Shown here one piece after another: positions 19,092-29,350 of a stretch of 64,000 nucleotides of DNA; positions within the stretch are counted from its first letter, which is position 1; each line of letters begins with the position of its first letter. A program made the translations under genes and the position numbers. Source of the stretch: a virus; IMG/VR virus record IMGVR_UViG_3300021963_004854, positions 96,001 through 160,000 of that record; one strand, given 5' to 3'. Under the pieces are notes generated by a model. The model did not search any database. It saw only the letters and a program-made list of their open reading frames with translations, and was not told the origin of the DNA.

Positions 19092-20891
19092 ATGGCAAAA
19101 GAAAACTATCTCGGAATTGAAATTGATTTATCACGCGACAACTTGTTTGACAAGTTGGGTATTCAGCGGCTGCAGGAATCATATATGCGAGATGATGAAA
19201 CATCTCCGCAGCATAGATTTGCTTTTGTATCGAAGACTTTTGGTTCCAATCCAGAACATGCCCAGCGCCTTTACGAATATGCGTCAAAGCACTGGCTTTC
19301 GTATGCGACTCCCATTCTCTCGTTTGGCCGTTCCAAGCGCGGTATGCCTATTAGTTGCTTCCTTAACTTCATTGACGATACTGCGGAGGGACTAGTTGAC
19401 AATCTTTCAGAAACCAATTGGCTGTCTATGCTTGGGGGTGGCGTTGGTATTGGTTTTGGCATTCGCGCCGCAGATGATAAGTCTACTGGCGTTATGCCTC
19501 ATCTTCGCACTTATGATGCTTCTAGTATGGCTTACCGTCAAGGTCGCACTCGCCGTGGCTCTTATGCTGCTTATCTGGATATTTCTCACCCTGATGTTGG
19601 GCTTTTTCTAGAAATGAGAAAGCCTACGGGTGACCCGAATATGCGGGCGCTCAACTTGCACCACGGAATCAACATTACCGACGATTTCATGCAAATCATC
19701 GAACGTTGTATGGCAGACGGTGATGCCGATGATAGCTGGAATCTAACTGACCCCAAATCAGGTGAAGTTCGCGATACTGTTTCTGCTAAGGAACTTTGGC
19801 AGAAGATTCTCGAATTGCGTATGATGACTGGTGAACCCTATCTACACTTCATTGATACGTCAAATCGGGCAATGCCAGATTTCCAGAAGGCGCTGGGTCT
19901 AAAGATTCATCAATCGAATCTTTGTTCGGAAATTATTCTTCCTACCGATAGAAAACGCACGGCTGTTTGTTGTCTATCTTCTGTCAATCTAGAATACTAT
20001 GATGCATGGTCAAAGGATTCCATGTTCTTGAAGGACATGGCAGAAATGCTTGACAACGTTCTACAGTATTTTATTGATAACGCTCCTAAGCAAGTTTCCA
20101 GAGCAATCTACTCAGCCAAGCGAGAACGTTCAATTGGTATTGGCGCACTGGGCTTTCACGCTTATCTCCAGCGCAAGGGCATTGCATGGGAATCGGCTGT
20201 TGCTAAGGGTACCAATATGCGTATCTTTAAGCACATCAAGAACCGCCTAGATACTGCGAATCTGGAACTTGGCGCAGAACGTGGTGAGGCACCCGATGCT
20301 GCTGGCACAGGTCGTCGGTTCTCTCATATGCAGGCGATTGCACCAAATGCATCTTCATCAATTATCATGGGTAACACAAGTCCTTCGATTGAGCCATGGA
20401 GAGCAAATGCATATCGTCAAGATACTCTATCTGGTGCGTTTCTAAACAAGAACAAGTATCTTGATAAGATTATTATGGACGAAGCCGCTAATCACAAAGA
20501 TGGTTGGTATGATGAAACATGGTCATCAATTATTGCAAATGATGGCTCTGTTCAACACCTTTCATGGATGGACGAAATCACAAAAGAAGTTTATAAGACT
20601 TCCATGGAAATCGATCAACGATGGGTGATTGAACATGCCGCAGATAGACAGAAGTTTATTGACCAGGCACAATCTCTCAACATTTTCTTCCGTCCTGATG
20701 CAAACATCAAGTATCTCCATGCTGTTCACTATCTTGCATGGAAACAGGGCTTGAAAACTCTATACTACTGCCGCTCAGAAAAGATCGGCAAGGCAGATAA
20801 GGTTTCCAAGAAGATTGAACGAGAAGCGATTAAAGAAATTGACTTCAAAGCAATGATTGATGGTGATACCTGTGTCGCATGTGAAGGTTAA
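19092..20891 (+). CDS. nrdA: class Ia ribonucleotide reductase alpha subunit (no ATP cone)
   Basis: PISCF, SNLCSEI, IAPNASSS, KTLYY, C-terminal CVACEG. Confidence 0.96.
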   Translation: MAKENYLGIEIDLSRDNLFDKLGIQRLQESYMRDDETSPQHRFAFVSKTFGSNPEHAQRLYEYASKHWLSYATPILSFGRSKRGMPISCFLNFIDDTAEGLVDNLSETNWLSMLGGGVGIGFGIRAADDKSTGVMPHLRTYDASSMAYRQGRTRRGSYAAYLDISHPDVGLFLEMRKPTGDPNMRALNLHHGINITDDFMQIIERCMADGDADDSWNLTDPKSGEVRDTVSAKELWQKILELRMMTGEPYLHFIDTSNRAMPDFQKALGLKIHQSNLCSEIILPTDRKRTAVCCLSSVNLEYYDAWSKDSMFLKDMAEMLDNVLQYFIDNAPKQVSRAIYSAKRERSIGIGALGFHAYLQRKGIAWESAVAKGTNMRIFKHIKNRLDTANLELGAERGEAPDAAGTGRRFSHMQAIAPNASSSIIMGNTSPSIEPWRANAYRQDTLSGAFLNKNKYLDKIIMDEAANHKDGWYDETWSSIIANDGSVQHLSWMDEITKEVYKTSMEIDQRWVIEHAADRQKFIDQAQSLNIFFRPDANIKYLHAVHYLAWKQGLKTLYYCRSEKIGKADKVSKKIEREAIKEIDFKAMIDGDTCVACEG

Positions 20892-21891
20892 TAATAATAT
20901 TTTTATTAGTATTGCTAGTTATCGTGATCCTCTTTTGAAGTTCACGATAACAGAAGCATACAAAAATGCAAAAAATAAAGAAAATTTAATCTTCGGTGTT
21001 GTCGAACAGAACGACCTAGAAAATTCTTTAAACTTAGATGACTTTACTTTTAAAGAACAAATTAGATATGTTAGAGTAAACGCCGAACAGAGTCGAGGAT
21101 GCTGCTGGGCAAGAAATCTTGTTCAATCATTGTATCAAGATGAAAACTATTATTTTCAAATTGACTCACATACCGCGTTTGATAAAAAGTGGGATGAAAC
21201 TTTAATTTTTGCATTAGAAGAATTGAAGCGATATCATTCTAAGCCTATCATTTCACAATATCCAGATGCATTGGAATTTGAAGATGATAAGCCAATTAAG
21301 AAACGCCATAATCCTGAGATTGATAAGATTCCATTTCTTTCTCCCCCGCCAGAAAATGAACCAACGTGGGCTGGGGAGAATACTTGCCATATTATAGCAA
21401 GAGGAACTTTTCAGCATTCATTTCAGCCATATACTCATGGTTATATGATATCTGCTGGATGCCTATTTACCTATGGTAACTTTGTGAATGAAGTTCCTTA
21501 TGACCCACGATTGTTTTTCCAGGGCGAAGAAACAACATTAGCACTAAGAGCGTGGACAAGAGGCTGGAATATTTTTCATGCGAAAACAACACCAATATAT
21601 CATTTCTACACAGATCATGAAAAAAGAACAAGAAAATTATTTTGGGACGAAGACCAGAATGAAGACAGAAACTTTCAATGGGGAACAATTGATAGTAATT
21701 CTGTTATAAGAACTAATTCAGTTTTAACAGGATGTGACGTTGGACCATATGGAATTGGCGAAAAAAGAACTTTAGACCAATTTCAATCTTTTACTGGTAT
21801 AGACTATCGAAATAAGATATATACTCCTAGAGAAAGTCTTCATCGTCACGATTATAAAAAGTCTCCAGAAGATTATATCAGAAAGCAATAG
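20881..21891 (+). CDS. GT60-like (Skp1-hydroxyproline) GlcNAc transferase
   Basis: IFISIASYRDP, SRGCCWAR, QIDSH, YDPRLFFQGEE, RAWTRGW. Confidence 0.8.
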   Translation: MKVNNNIFISIASYRDPLLKFTITEAYKNAKNKENLIFGVVEQNDLENSLNLDDFTFKEQIRYVRVNAEQSRGCCWARNLVQSLYQDENYYFQIDSHTAFDKKWDETLIFALEELKRYHSKPIISQYPDALEFEDDKPIKKRHNPEIDKIPFLSPPPENEPTWAGENTCHIIARGTFQHSFQPYTHGYMISAGCLFTYGNFVNEVPYDPRLFFQGEETTLALRAWTRGWNIFHAKTTPIYHFYTDHEKRTRKLFWDEDQNEDRNFQWGTIDSNSVIRTNSVLTGCDVGPYGIGEKRTLDQFQSFTGIDYRNKIYTPRESLHRHDYKKSPEDYIRKQ

Positions 21892-21898
21892 GAAAAGC

Positions 21899-22135
21899 AT
21901 GACACAATTTTTTGCACAAATAGTAACTAAGCCAGACTGTCCGTATTGCGTAAAGGCTAAAGAGTTCATGGTAGGCATGGACATTCAATATACTGAAATG
22001 GTAGTCGGAAAGGACTGCCTTTGGGAAGACGTTACGGCGCAACTTCCTAATGTAACAACTGTTCCACAGATTTGGATCAATGGTGAGCATGTTGGTGGTT
22101 ATGATGATCTAGTAAATTGGGCAGCGGAGGTATAA
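21899..22135 (+). CDS. nrdC: glutaredoxin
   Basis: CPYC, TVPQIWING, GGYDDL. Confidence 0.92.
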   Translation: MTQFFAQIVTKPDCPYCVKAKEFMVGMDIQYTEMVVGKDCLWEDVTAQLPNVTTVPQIWINGEHVGGYDDLVNWAAEV

Positions 22136-23109
22136 TGTCTAATCTTTTGAGCGAACGCTCGTATTTTAAACCGTTTAATTATCCATGGGCATATGATGCC
22201 TGGTTGAAGCATGAACAATCACATTGGCTTCATACCGAAGTCCCAATGATTGAAGATGTTAACGATTGGAAGAAGCGCCTCACCGATGGTGAAAAGCACT
22301 TTCTCACAAATATTTTCCGCTTCTTTACACAAGGCGATATCGATGTTGCGGGTGGTTATGTAAAGAATTATCTACCGTATTTCCCTCAGCCAGAAATCCG
22401 TATGATGCTGATGGGCTTTGCAGCAAGGGAGGCTCTCCATGTGGCAGCCTATTCACACCTTATTGAAACGCTTGGGATGCCAGAGTCAACGTATCAAGAA
22501 TTCCTTGAATACGACTCAATGCGGGCCAAGCACGACTACTTTACAGATTTGTCGAATTCAAATGGAACGCCTGAATCAGTCGCGACCAATATCGCCGCGT
22601 TTAGTGCATTCACTGAGGGTATGCAACTGTTCTCGTCCTTCATCATGCTCCTCAACTTCCCTCGTCACGGAAAAATGAAGGGTATGGGACAGATTGTTAC
22701 TTGGTCTATTGTTGATGAAACGCAACATGCCGAGTCGATGATTAAGTTGTTCCGTGCATATGTTGAAGAGAATAGAGATATCTGGAACGATGAATTGAAG
22801 TCCAGCATCTATACCATCGCAGAAAAGATGGTAGAACTTGAAGACAAGTTTATCGAACTTTCATTCTCTATGGGAGAAATGGAAGACCTTACTCAAGAAG
22901 ATGTTAAGAAATATATTCGATATATTTGTGACCGCCGACTAATTAGCCTCGGCATGAAGGGCATTTTTAAAGTCAAGAAAAATCCACTGCCTTGGGTCGA
23001 AGAAATGATTAATGCCCCGACCCACACCAACTTCTTTGAAAATAGAGCTACTGACTATGCGAAGGGTGCCTTATCCGGCAGTTGGGAAAACGTTTGGGGA
23101 ACTGCATAG
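22135..23109 (+). CDS. nrdB: ribonucleotide reductase beta subunit
   Basis: FFTQGD, REALHVAAY, FTEGMQLF, DETQH, NFFENR. Confidence 0.96.
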   Translation: MSNLLSERSYFKPFNYPWAYDAWLKHEQSHWLHTEVPMIEDVNDWKKRLTDGEKHFLTNIFRFFTQGDIDVAGGYVKNYLPYFPQPEIRMMLMGFAAREALHVAAYSHLIETLGMPESTYQEFLEYDSMRAKHDYFTDLSNSNGTPESVATNIAAFSAFTEGMQLFSSFIMLLNFPRHGKMKGMGQIVTWSIVDETQHAESMIKLFRAYVEENRDIWNDELKSSIYTIAEKMVELEDKFIELSFSMGEMEDLTQEDVKKYIRYICDRRLISLGMKGIFKVKKNPLPWVEEMINAPTHTNFFENRATDYAKGALSGSWENVWGTA

Positions 23110-23264
23110 TGGAAGAACAAGAATGTTTTTCATGTGATGCCGTGTTTTTGGTAGAACATGAATTAGATGAAGAATACTACAAAACTAAATTTTGTCCGTT
23201 TTGTGGTACTAAGATAGCCGAAGAAGAAGACCTTGACTGGGAAGACTGGGACGAAGACTCATAA
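23109..23264 (+). CDS. small zinc-ribbon protein
   Basis: CFSC..CPFCG. Confidence 0.65.
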   Translation: MEEQECFSCDAVFLVEHELDEEYYKTKFCPFCGTKIAEEEDLDWEDWDEDS

Positions 23265-23288
23265 ATAGTTCACTTTGGAGTGAACTTG

Positions 23289-23642
23289 ATGGCTATTAAA
23301 AAGAAGAAGCCGTCGCCAAAGAAAGTGCATAGAGTCTATTGCACCTACTTTGACGACGGCAAATACTATATTGGGTATTCATGTAAGACAGAAAAATTAT
23401 TTGAAAAATATTTCGGTAGTTCTTCTTATGTGACTAATTATGAAGGCGAAATGCGTAAAGAAGTTGTTGCCGAATTTGACAGCAAATCTCACGCTAAAGC
23501 GGTCGAACACTTACTACAGTGGGAATATCGTTTAGATGATAGATGTATTAACGACATGTGGAATGTTCGACTACGACTATCGCACTTGAAAGAATTAAAG
23601 TTACCGGACTGGAGACCAGGATGTTTTTCGCCGCCCTCTTAA
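23289..23642 (+). CDS. GIY-YIG nuclease-like protein
   Basis: RVYCT..YYIGYS..YFGSS. Confidence 0.65.
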   Translation: MAIKKKKPSPKKVHRVYCTYFDDGKYYIGYSCKTEKLFEKYFGSSSYVTNYEGEMRKEVVAEFDSKSHAKAVEHLLQWEYRLDDRCINDMWNVRLRLSHLKELKLPDWRPGCFSPPS

Positions 23643-24610
23643 TGCTAGTAGCCCTAGCTATTACAGGTGTAGCTGGCTACTTTTCGATTTTGGGATTGAT
23701 GGCTATCTTTCCTGCATCACCTATTGCAGTAGCTGCCATGGGTATTGTATTAGAACTTGCTAAGTTGGTTACAGCCAGCTGGGTGTATCGTAATTGGAAA
23801 ACAGCGAATCGATTGCTGAAAACCTATTTTACGATTGCAGTCATCGTTCTTTCGTTCATCACAAGTATGGGCGTATTTGGTTATCTAAGTAAAGCCCACA
23901 TCGAACACACCACTGTCGGTGGTTCGTCACAACTACAAATTGCCCAGCTAGAAAGCCAAAAGGCTATAGCGGAAAGGAGACTAAAGAATGCACAAACATC
24001 TTTGGATACTCTGGACAGACTCACTACTGGCGAAAATATCCTTGATGCTAATTTCATTAGAAATCGACAGAAGCGAGAACGTGCGGCCCTTAATAAGGAA
24101 ATTGAGGGTGCGACTACAGACATTCAGACTATTGAGACTAATCTCATACCGCTCAAAACAGAAACCCTCAAACTCGAAGCGGAAGTAGGCCCTATCAAAT
24201 ATGTAGCGGAACTGTTCTACGGTAGTGGTGATAACGCCACTATCGATAAGGCTGTTCGCATGATGATTATCATTCTTATCTTTGTTTTCGACCCATTGGC
24301 AATTCTTTTGATTATTGCGGCGAATATGACCTTTTTAGGGTTGACAAAGAGAGAAGAATCAGATACAATAGACAATGTTCCCGTTGAAGTTTATGTGCCA
24401 GCACCGGCTCCAACAGAGACACTAAAAGAAGTTGTAAGAAAAGCAAAGAACAATCGTAAGAAGAAACCGAAAGCACCCACACCAGAAGTTCCTGACTTCT
24501 TTAAGTTTGAGAAGCACGGGTCTACTCATGATGTTCCGATGCCCGACCCCCCTCGCAAAAATGCAAGGGGTCAAATCATAGTTGATGAAAAAAATATTAG
24601 GAGAATGTGA
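23621..24610 (+). CDS. multi-TM coiled-coil membrane protein (T4-like conserved)
   Basis: TM helices, GYLSKAH, EVGPIKY, FDPLA. Confidence 0.7.
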   Translation: MFFAALLMLVALAITGVAGYFSILGLMAIFPASPIAVAAMGIVLELAKLVTASWVYRNWKTANRLLKTYFTIAVIVLSFITSMGVFGYLSKAHIEHTTVGGSSQLQIAQLESQKAIAERRLKNAQTSLDTLDRLTTGENILDANFIRNRQKRERAALNKEIEGATTDIQTIETNLIPLKTETLKLEAEVGPIKYVAELFYGSGDNATIDKAVRMMIIILIFVFDPLAILLIIAANMTFLGLTKREESDTIDNVPVEVYVPAPAPTETLKEVVRKAKNNRKKKPKAPTPEVPDFFKFEKHGSTHDVPMPDPPRKNARGQIIVDEKNIRRM

Positions 24611-24891
24611 TGACTTTATTTTATGAGAAAAACGGCCCAGACCAAGACTGGCGCTCTAGTGTGCGTGATACTCTGACTAAGGGAGTGGCGCATGTTGAAT
24701 TTGAAAAAAATGATGGTCAAATTCGGCATATGAAATGCACTCTTGATCCAACTGTTGTTCCGCCATACCAAGAACTTGGTAAGACTACGAAGATTCCTAG
24801 CGATGATGTTCAAGCCGTCTGGGATATTGAAAAGGCTGCATGGCGGTCATTTAGATTCGATAGAGTTCGAAATATTCGTTTTGAGGGTTGA
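24607..24891 (+). CDS. SH3/WYL-like small protein
   Basis: FEKNDG..MKCTL..VWDIEKAAWRSFR. Confidence 0.7.
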   Translation: MMTLFYEKNGPDQDWRSSVRDTLTKGVAHVEFEKNDGQIRHMKCTLDPTVVPPYQELGKTTKIPSDDVQAVWDIEKAAWRSFRFDRVRNIRFEG

Positions 24892-24940
24892 CAAACGACT
24901 CGATATATCGTATAGTAAGATATATTGAGAAGGAGATATT

Positions 24941-26059
24941 ATGTATAAACTTAAGGTACCTATCGCCGAGTCGAAGTATGTTGGTGTTGAGCCTATCTGG
25001 GCTGATGGTTATGAACCAGAAGATTACCAGCGTGAATATGGCAACGCCCTCAATTGGTACAACTACATTGTAGACGCCAAAGACTGCCGTGCATTTCTAG
25101 TTGACTATTATAAGAGCGACAAAGAAAAGCTAAAGGCTCTGAGCCAGGTACCTGACAAGTTTATTCCTCGAACGTATGCAAATACCGCTCGTATTGCAAT
25201 GCGTGGCTTTCCTGTAACTGAGGTTCATATGAATCGCATTTGGGAAAAGGTCGAGGAAGTTGTGAATAAGCGTATCAAGTCCGACGAAGATGAACCTGAC
25301 ACCACTACACCTGTAGTCAAGGTCGTCAAGCCACCCAAACTAGCTTCCACATATATTCTTGCCCTCGTCAATGACGAAATCGAAAATCTTATCGAAGGTG
25401 AAGACCCGAAAACTATGGGTCAAATTCTAATGCCGTATAAGATGAGTGATAAGCAATATTCAGACTGCGCTGAAAAGTTGCAGCCTTTGCTGGCAGAATA
25501 TGCAGAAGTTCTAGAACTTCGTCGGACTGACCGCAAGACACTTACCGAAGAACAAATTGAATTCATGGACTCGTTCAAGTTCTCTGGTATCACAATCATT
25601 AAGAAGATTGTCCAGCTTATCGAAGGTTATGTCAACGACCTCAAGAAGTCTTACATTAGCAAGCAGGTTGCTAAGGTTCGTAAGAAGAAGCCTAAAGATA
25701 AGACAAAGCTGGTAAGAGGTATCAAATTCCTTGCCGAAGATGAAAAGTTCGGTAAGAGTATCGACCCAGTTAACCTTCTAAATTGTAGTGAAGTATGGAC
25801 CTTCGATACTAAGACGCGGAAACTGTCTAAGTATTACAGTCCTGTTGGTGGTGGCATCACAGTGAAGGGTGCGGCACTCGTTGGCTATGAAGAAACAATG
25901 TCTAGTTGTAAATTGCTTCGAAAGCCCGAAGAACAGATTCCTGCATTTTCTGCTACTGCTAAAAAAGACTTGACAAAATGGTATTCTTCTGTTAAAAGTA
26001 AGAATGCGAATGTGCGACCGCGGCTTACCGCGACGACTCTGATTTTGAAAGTATTTTAA
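24941..26059 (+). CDS. conserved T4-like hypothetical protein
   Basis: ALNWYNY; LRKPEEQ..TLILKVF; TTGACA promoter at 24888 and AAGGAG RBS. Confidence 0.7.
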   Translation: MYKLKVPIAESKYVGVEPIWADGYEPEDYQREYGNALNWYNYIVDAKDCRAFLVDYYKSDKEKLKALSQVPDKFIPRTYANTARIAMRGFPVTEVHMNRIWEKVEEVVNKRIKSDEDEPDTTTPVVKVVKPPKLASTYILALVNDEIENLIEGEDPKTMGQILMPYKMSDKQYSDCAEKLQPLLAEYAEVLELRRTDRKTLTEEQIEFMDSFKFSGITIIKKIVQLIEGYVNDLKKSYISKQVAKVRKKKPKDKTKLVRGIKFLAEDEKFGKSIDPVNLLNCSEVWTFDTKTRKLSKYYSPVGGGITVKGAALVGYEETMSSCKLLRKPEEQIPAFSATAKKDLTKWYSSVKSKNANVRPRLTATTLILKVF

Positions 26060-26382
26060 TGGCAGATAATGACAATGTAACATATCTTAGAATGCAACCT
26101 AAGAACCCTGATAACGAATCATACTCTTATTTTCTAGAGGGTGCAGCGCAACATGCTGCATATCAGGATGCGGAAGCTATGGCTGCCGCGTGTATAAATG
26201 GCATCTTAGCGGTCATCAATAAGAAGGTCGGTGGGATTAAAAACGATAATATTCATCGGGACGCGGCCGTGGTTGCTGTTCTCATTCAAGGTATGTTTAT
26301 GCGTCAAGTTGACGTTCATTGCCCAGAAATAAACCTTCTAGATGATATCAGTGAAATTTTGAGTGGGAAGGAACACAGCTAA
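26059..26382 (+). CDS. hypothetical protein
   Basis: Coupled ORF. Confidence 0.6.
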   Translation: MADNDNVTYLRMQPKNPDNESYSYFLEGAAQHAAYQDAEAMAAACINGILAVINKKVGGIKNDNIHRDAAVVAVLIQGMFMRQVDVHCPEINLLDDISEILSGKEHS

Positions 26383-27263
26383 TGATAGTGGTAGACTTTA
26401 ACCAAGTTGCAATTAGTAACATGATGGCTGAACTTGGTGGTCGTCGCGATGTGGAGGTCAATCTTCCTCTCATTCGTCATATGATTATCAATTCAATTCG
26501 TTCATATAAGCGTAAGTTCGGTGCAGAATTTGGCGATATCATCATTGCATGTGATAATCGAAACTACTGGCGCCGCCAGTTCTTCCCTAACTACAAGGCT
26601 AATCGTAAGAAAAGCCGCGCAGACAGTGGCTTTGACTGGAATTCAATCTTCGAAGCCCTGCATCAGGTCCGTGCCGAGTTGCAAGAGCATTTTCCATATC
26701 CTGTGATTGATGTTGATGGCGCAGAAGCAGATGATGTAATCGCCGCGCTTGCAGAATATAGTCAGACTTCGAATGTTGATGGCCTTATTCCTAGTGCAGA
26801 GCCTTTCCTCGTTCTCTCTGGCGACCATGACTTCAATCAGTTGCAGAAGTGGTCCAACGTAAAGCAGTATGCACCAGTGCAGAAGAAGTTTGTTAAGCTG
26901 ACTGATAAGCCAGAAGTTGTTCTGATGGAACACATTATCACCGGCGATAAGGGCGATGGTGTTCCTAACATCCTGTCAGATGATGATACGTTTGTCACTG
27001 GTTCACGCCAGCGTCCCATGAAGAAGGATAAGGTTGCAGAGTGGAAGCACCAGAAGCCAGAAGACTTCATCACCAGTGATGAAATGTGGCGTAACTTCCA
27101 ACGCAATCGTGAACTGGTTGACTTGTCGCGCATTCCCCAAGATATCAAGGATGCAGTTATTGATAGTTACGAGAAGCAAAAGGGTGGTGACCGCAGTGGT
27201 CTCCTGAATTACTTCATTGCGAATCGTATGAAGCAGATGATTGAGTTGATCGATGAATTTTAA
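26382..27263 (+). CDS. rnh: T4 RNase H (5'-3' exonuclease)
   Basis: IVVDFNQ, YKANR, EADDVI, SGDHDF, GDKGDGVPN. Confidence 0.95.
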   Translation: MIVVDFNQVAISNMMAELGGRRDVEVNLPLIRHMIINSIRSYKRKFGAEFGDIIIACDNRNYWRRQFFPNYKANRKKSRADSGFDWNSIFEALHQVRAELQEHFPYPVIDVDGAEADDVIAALAEYSQTSNVDGLIPSAEPFLVLSGDHDFNQLQKWSNVKQYAPVQKKFVKLTDKPEVVLMEHIITGDKGDGVPNILSDDDTFVTGSRQRPMKKDKVAEWKHQKPEDFITSDEMWRNFQRNRELVDLSRIPQDIKDAVIDSYEKQKGGDRSGLLNYFIANRMKQMIELIDEF

Positions 27264-27693
27264 TAGTTCCACTGAAAGAGTAGGCATTACAGCCAGTTGC
27301 TTTGACCTGTTCCACGCGGGTCATGTTCTTATGCTACAGGAAGCTAAAGAACAGTGCGACCGATTGGTAGTAGCATTACAGACTGACCCAACGATTGACC
27401 GACCAGAGAAGAACAAGCCCGTTCAATCTCTGGTAGAACGGTATATTCAGTTGCAAGCATGTAAGTATGTGGACGAAATCATTCCATACACGACAGAAGA
27501 AGACTTGCTAAATATACTACAATGTTATGACTGGGATGTTCGCATTATTGGCGAAGATTATTACAATAAGCGATTTACTGGTGACGAACTAGGAATCGAA
27601 GTTTATTACAATAGTCGCAGGCATAGCTTTAGCACTACTGAATTGAGAAGGAGAATTGGCGATGGCAACAAGATTACCACCAAAGAAGTTTAA
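27253..27693 (+). CDS. glycerol-3-phosphate cytidylyltransferase-like (TagD family)
   Basis: CFDLFHAGH, RRHSFSTTELR. Confidence 0.88.
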   Translation: MNFNSSTERVGITASCFDLFHAGHVLMLQEAKEQCDRLVVALQTDPTIDRPEKNKPVQSLVERYIQLQACKYVDEIIPYTTEEDLLNILQCYDWDVRIIGEDYYNKRFTGDELGIEVYYNSRRHSFSTTELRRRIGDGNKITTKEV

Positions 27694-28174
27694 ACAAATT
27701 GATCAGGCTCTAGATTGGGCGACCGAAGTCAAGGACATTGATGAACTACGGGAACGAGTTCGTGCAATCTCCACTGGTAACTCCGTTCTTATGCGTTTCT
27801 TGGCATGGGGCGTAGGCTACGAACAGGGACCTCACAAACTACCAGAGGGTAGAACACCGACTAAGAACGAAGAACTACCTGTTGATATGGGTGATACTAA
27901 TATCACGCAAGAGTTCCGTAGACTTCTAACTCTACTACCGGGTGGCAGTGCAGACCGAGTTCCTCAGTGGCGCCGCGAAGAAATCTGGATGCAGATTTGT
28001 CAGGGTGTTCACCAGAACGAAGCTAAATTGCTGGATTCTGTAAAAGACCAGAAAATACTCGATTTGTATCCTTCTTTGGCAGATGTTCTTGAAACTTTTC
28101 TTGTTGGTTGGAAAAAGCCCGAGGTTAAGAAGAAGAAGGTGTCAAAAAAGCCCGCGAGTATCTCCGAGGAATAA
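27662..28174 (+). CDS. conserved T4-like hypothetical protein
   Basis: LPEGRTP..RREEIWMQ..EAKLL. Confidence 0.6.
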   Translation: MATRLPPKKFKQIDQALDWATEVKDIDELRERVRAISTGNSVLMRFLAWGVGYEQGPHKLPEGRTPTKNEELPVDMGDTNITQEFRRLLTLLPGGSADRVPQWRREEIWMQICQGVHQNEAKLLDSVKDQKILDLYPSLADVLETFLVGWKKPEVKKKKVSKKPASISEE

Positions 28175-28293
28175 TTAAATTATTCGTAAGAGAACAGAAG
28201 ATACCCATAAAATGGGGTGTTAAGCGACCTTGGGGTCTGTAATTAAAACACTAATAAATAACTGTTCTCGAACTTTCAAACGGAGATACTTTG

Positions 28294-28698
28294 ATGGGCG
28301 CAATTCTGGAACATAAGCATCTAATCATTCGTGCAGAACTTAAAAATCCGCCTAAGTGCGCGGAAGCAATTCAAGACTGGATGAAAATCTTGGTCGATAA
28401 AATTGGAATGAAGATACTTATGGGCCCATATGCGATTTACTCGGATATGGTAGGCAATCAAGGGTTGACAGCGGTTACAATTATTGAAACCAGCCATATT
28501 GCTATGCATGTATGGGATGAAGTTGACCCTGCATTGATGCAGCTGGACGTTTACACTTGCTCTACTCTGAATATTGATGATGTATTTCTGGCACTTAGCG
28601 ATTTTGCACCTGTTAATGTTCAATTCAAATATATTGATCGGGAACATGACTTGACATTGCTAGATAAAGGTGTTATAAGTGAGATACTTCCTCTTTAA
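28294..28698 (+). CDS. speD: S-adenosylmethionine decarboxylase-like proenzyme
   Basis: IETSHIAMHVW autocleavage motif, DVYTC. Confidence 0.8.
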   Translation: MGAILEHKHLIIRAELKNPPKCAEAIQDWMKILVDKIGMKILMGPYAIYSDMVGNQGLTAVTIIETSHIAMHVWDEVDPALMQLDVYTCSTLNIDDVFLALSDFAPVNVQFKYIDREHDLTLLDKGVISEILPL

Positions 28699-29185
28699 AC
28701 ACAAGAACGAAATCTGGTTAGTCAAAAATCCTGAACAAGTTCCAAAGCCTAGAGAGTTATTGCTTCAAAACTCTAATATTGAATATATAAGAGATAAAGC
28801 AAATTCTTTAGGAAAAGGCTTGACATTTCGTGATAAAGTTAGTAGAAAGAAGATACCGGCTTTAACGACAGAACATAAAGCAAAAATTGCTCTAGCGTTA
28901 AGTGGTAGCAACAACCCCAACTGGGGTGGCTTGAAAGAAGAAACCAAAGCCAAAATTCGTCGCAAGATGCGAGGAACAAGGCGCAATGAAAACAATCCTA
29001 TGTATGGCAGACGCCAATCATGGGAAACTCGCAATCTCATAGCGATGAAGGCGAGACATAGAAGACGAAAGTGGTGTGTCGACCCAAGCGGTAAAACGCA
29101 TTTGGTAGACCCACTTACTTTCATACTACCTTCTGGCTGGATGTGGGGAAGATTTTACGACCCATATCGACCAGAAGATTTTTAA
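28679..29185 (+). CDS. NUMOD3-repeat DNA-binding protein
   Basis: EHKAKIA..GSNNPNWG, ETKAKI..NNPMYG. Confidence 0.7.
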   Translation: MRYFLFKHKNEIWLVKNPEQVPKPRELLLQNSNIEYIRDKANSLGKGLTFRDKVSRKKIPALTTEHKAKIALALSGSNNPNWGGLKEETKAKIRRKMRGTRRNENNPMYGRRQSWETRNLIAMKARHRRRKWCVDPSGKTHLVDPLTFILPSGWMWGRFYDPYRPEDF

Positions 29186-29225
29186 AAAAACTGTTGATAA
29201 ATGTCAAAAACTGTTATATATAGTA

Positions 29226-29253
29226 TTCTGTTCTTTGACATTGTTAGAAGTTT
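29226..29253 (+). promoter_or_regulatory. rrn-type boxA antitermination leader (copy 1)
   Basis: TTCTGTTCTTTGACATTGTTAGAAGTTT, identical to 34101-34128, between a promoter and the first tRNA. Confidence 0.65.
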
Positions 29254-29258
29254 TTATT

Positions 29259-29346
29259 GGAAGCGTGGGTGAGTGGTTGAAACCTACAGTCTTGAAAACT
29301 GTCGTACCGCAAGGTACCGTGGGTTCGAATCCCACCGCTTCCTCCA
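29259..29346 (+). tRNA. tRNA-Ser(TGA)
   Basis: Loop CTTGAAA, long variable arm, CCA. Confidence 0.95.
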
Positions 29347-29350
29347 GTTT

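Noticed and set aside
17050-23109. Introns or inteins in thyX, nrdA, nrdB
   Set aside because: ORFs are continuous, of normal length, without intein motifs
28144-28242. A_AAA_AAG slippery heptamer in frame near the end of ORF 27662, with an open -1 frame to 28242
   Set aside because: No convincing upstream SD or downstream hairpin; Lys-rich tails produce such heptamers by chance
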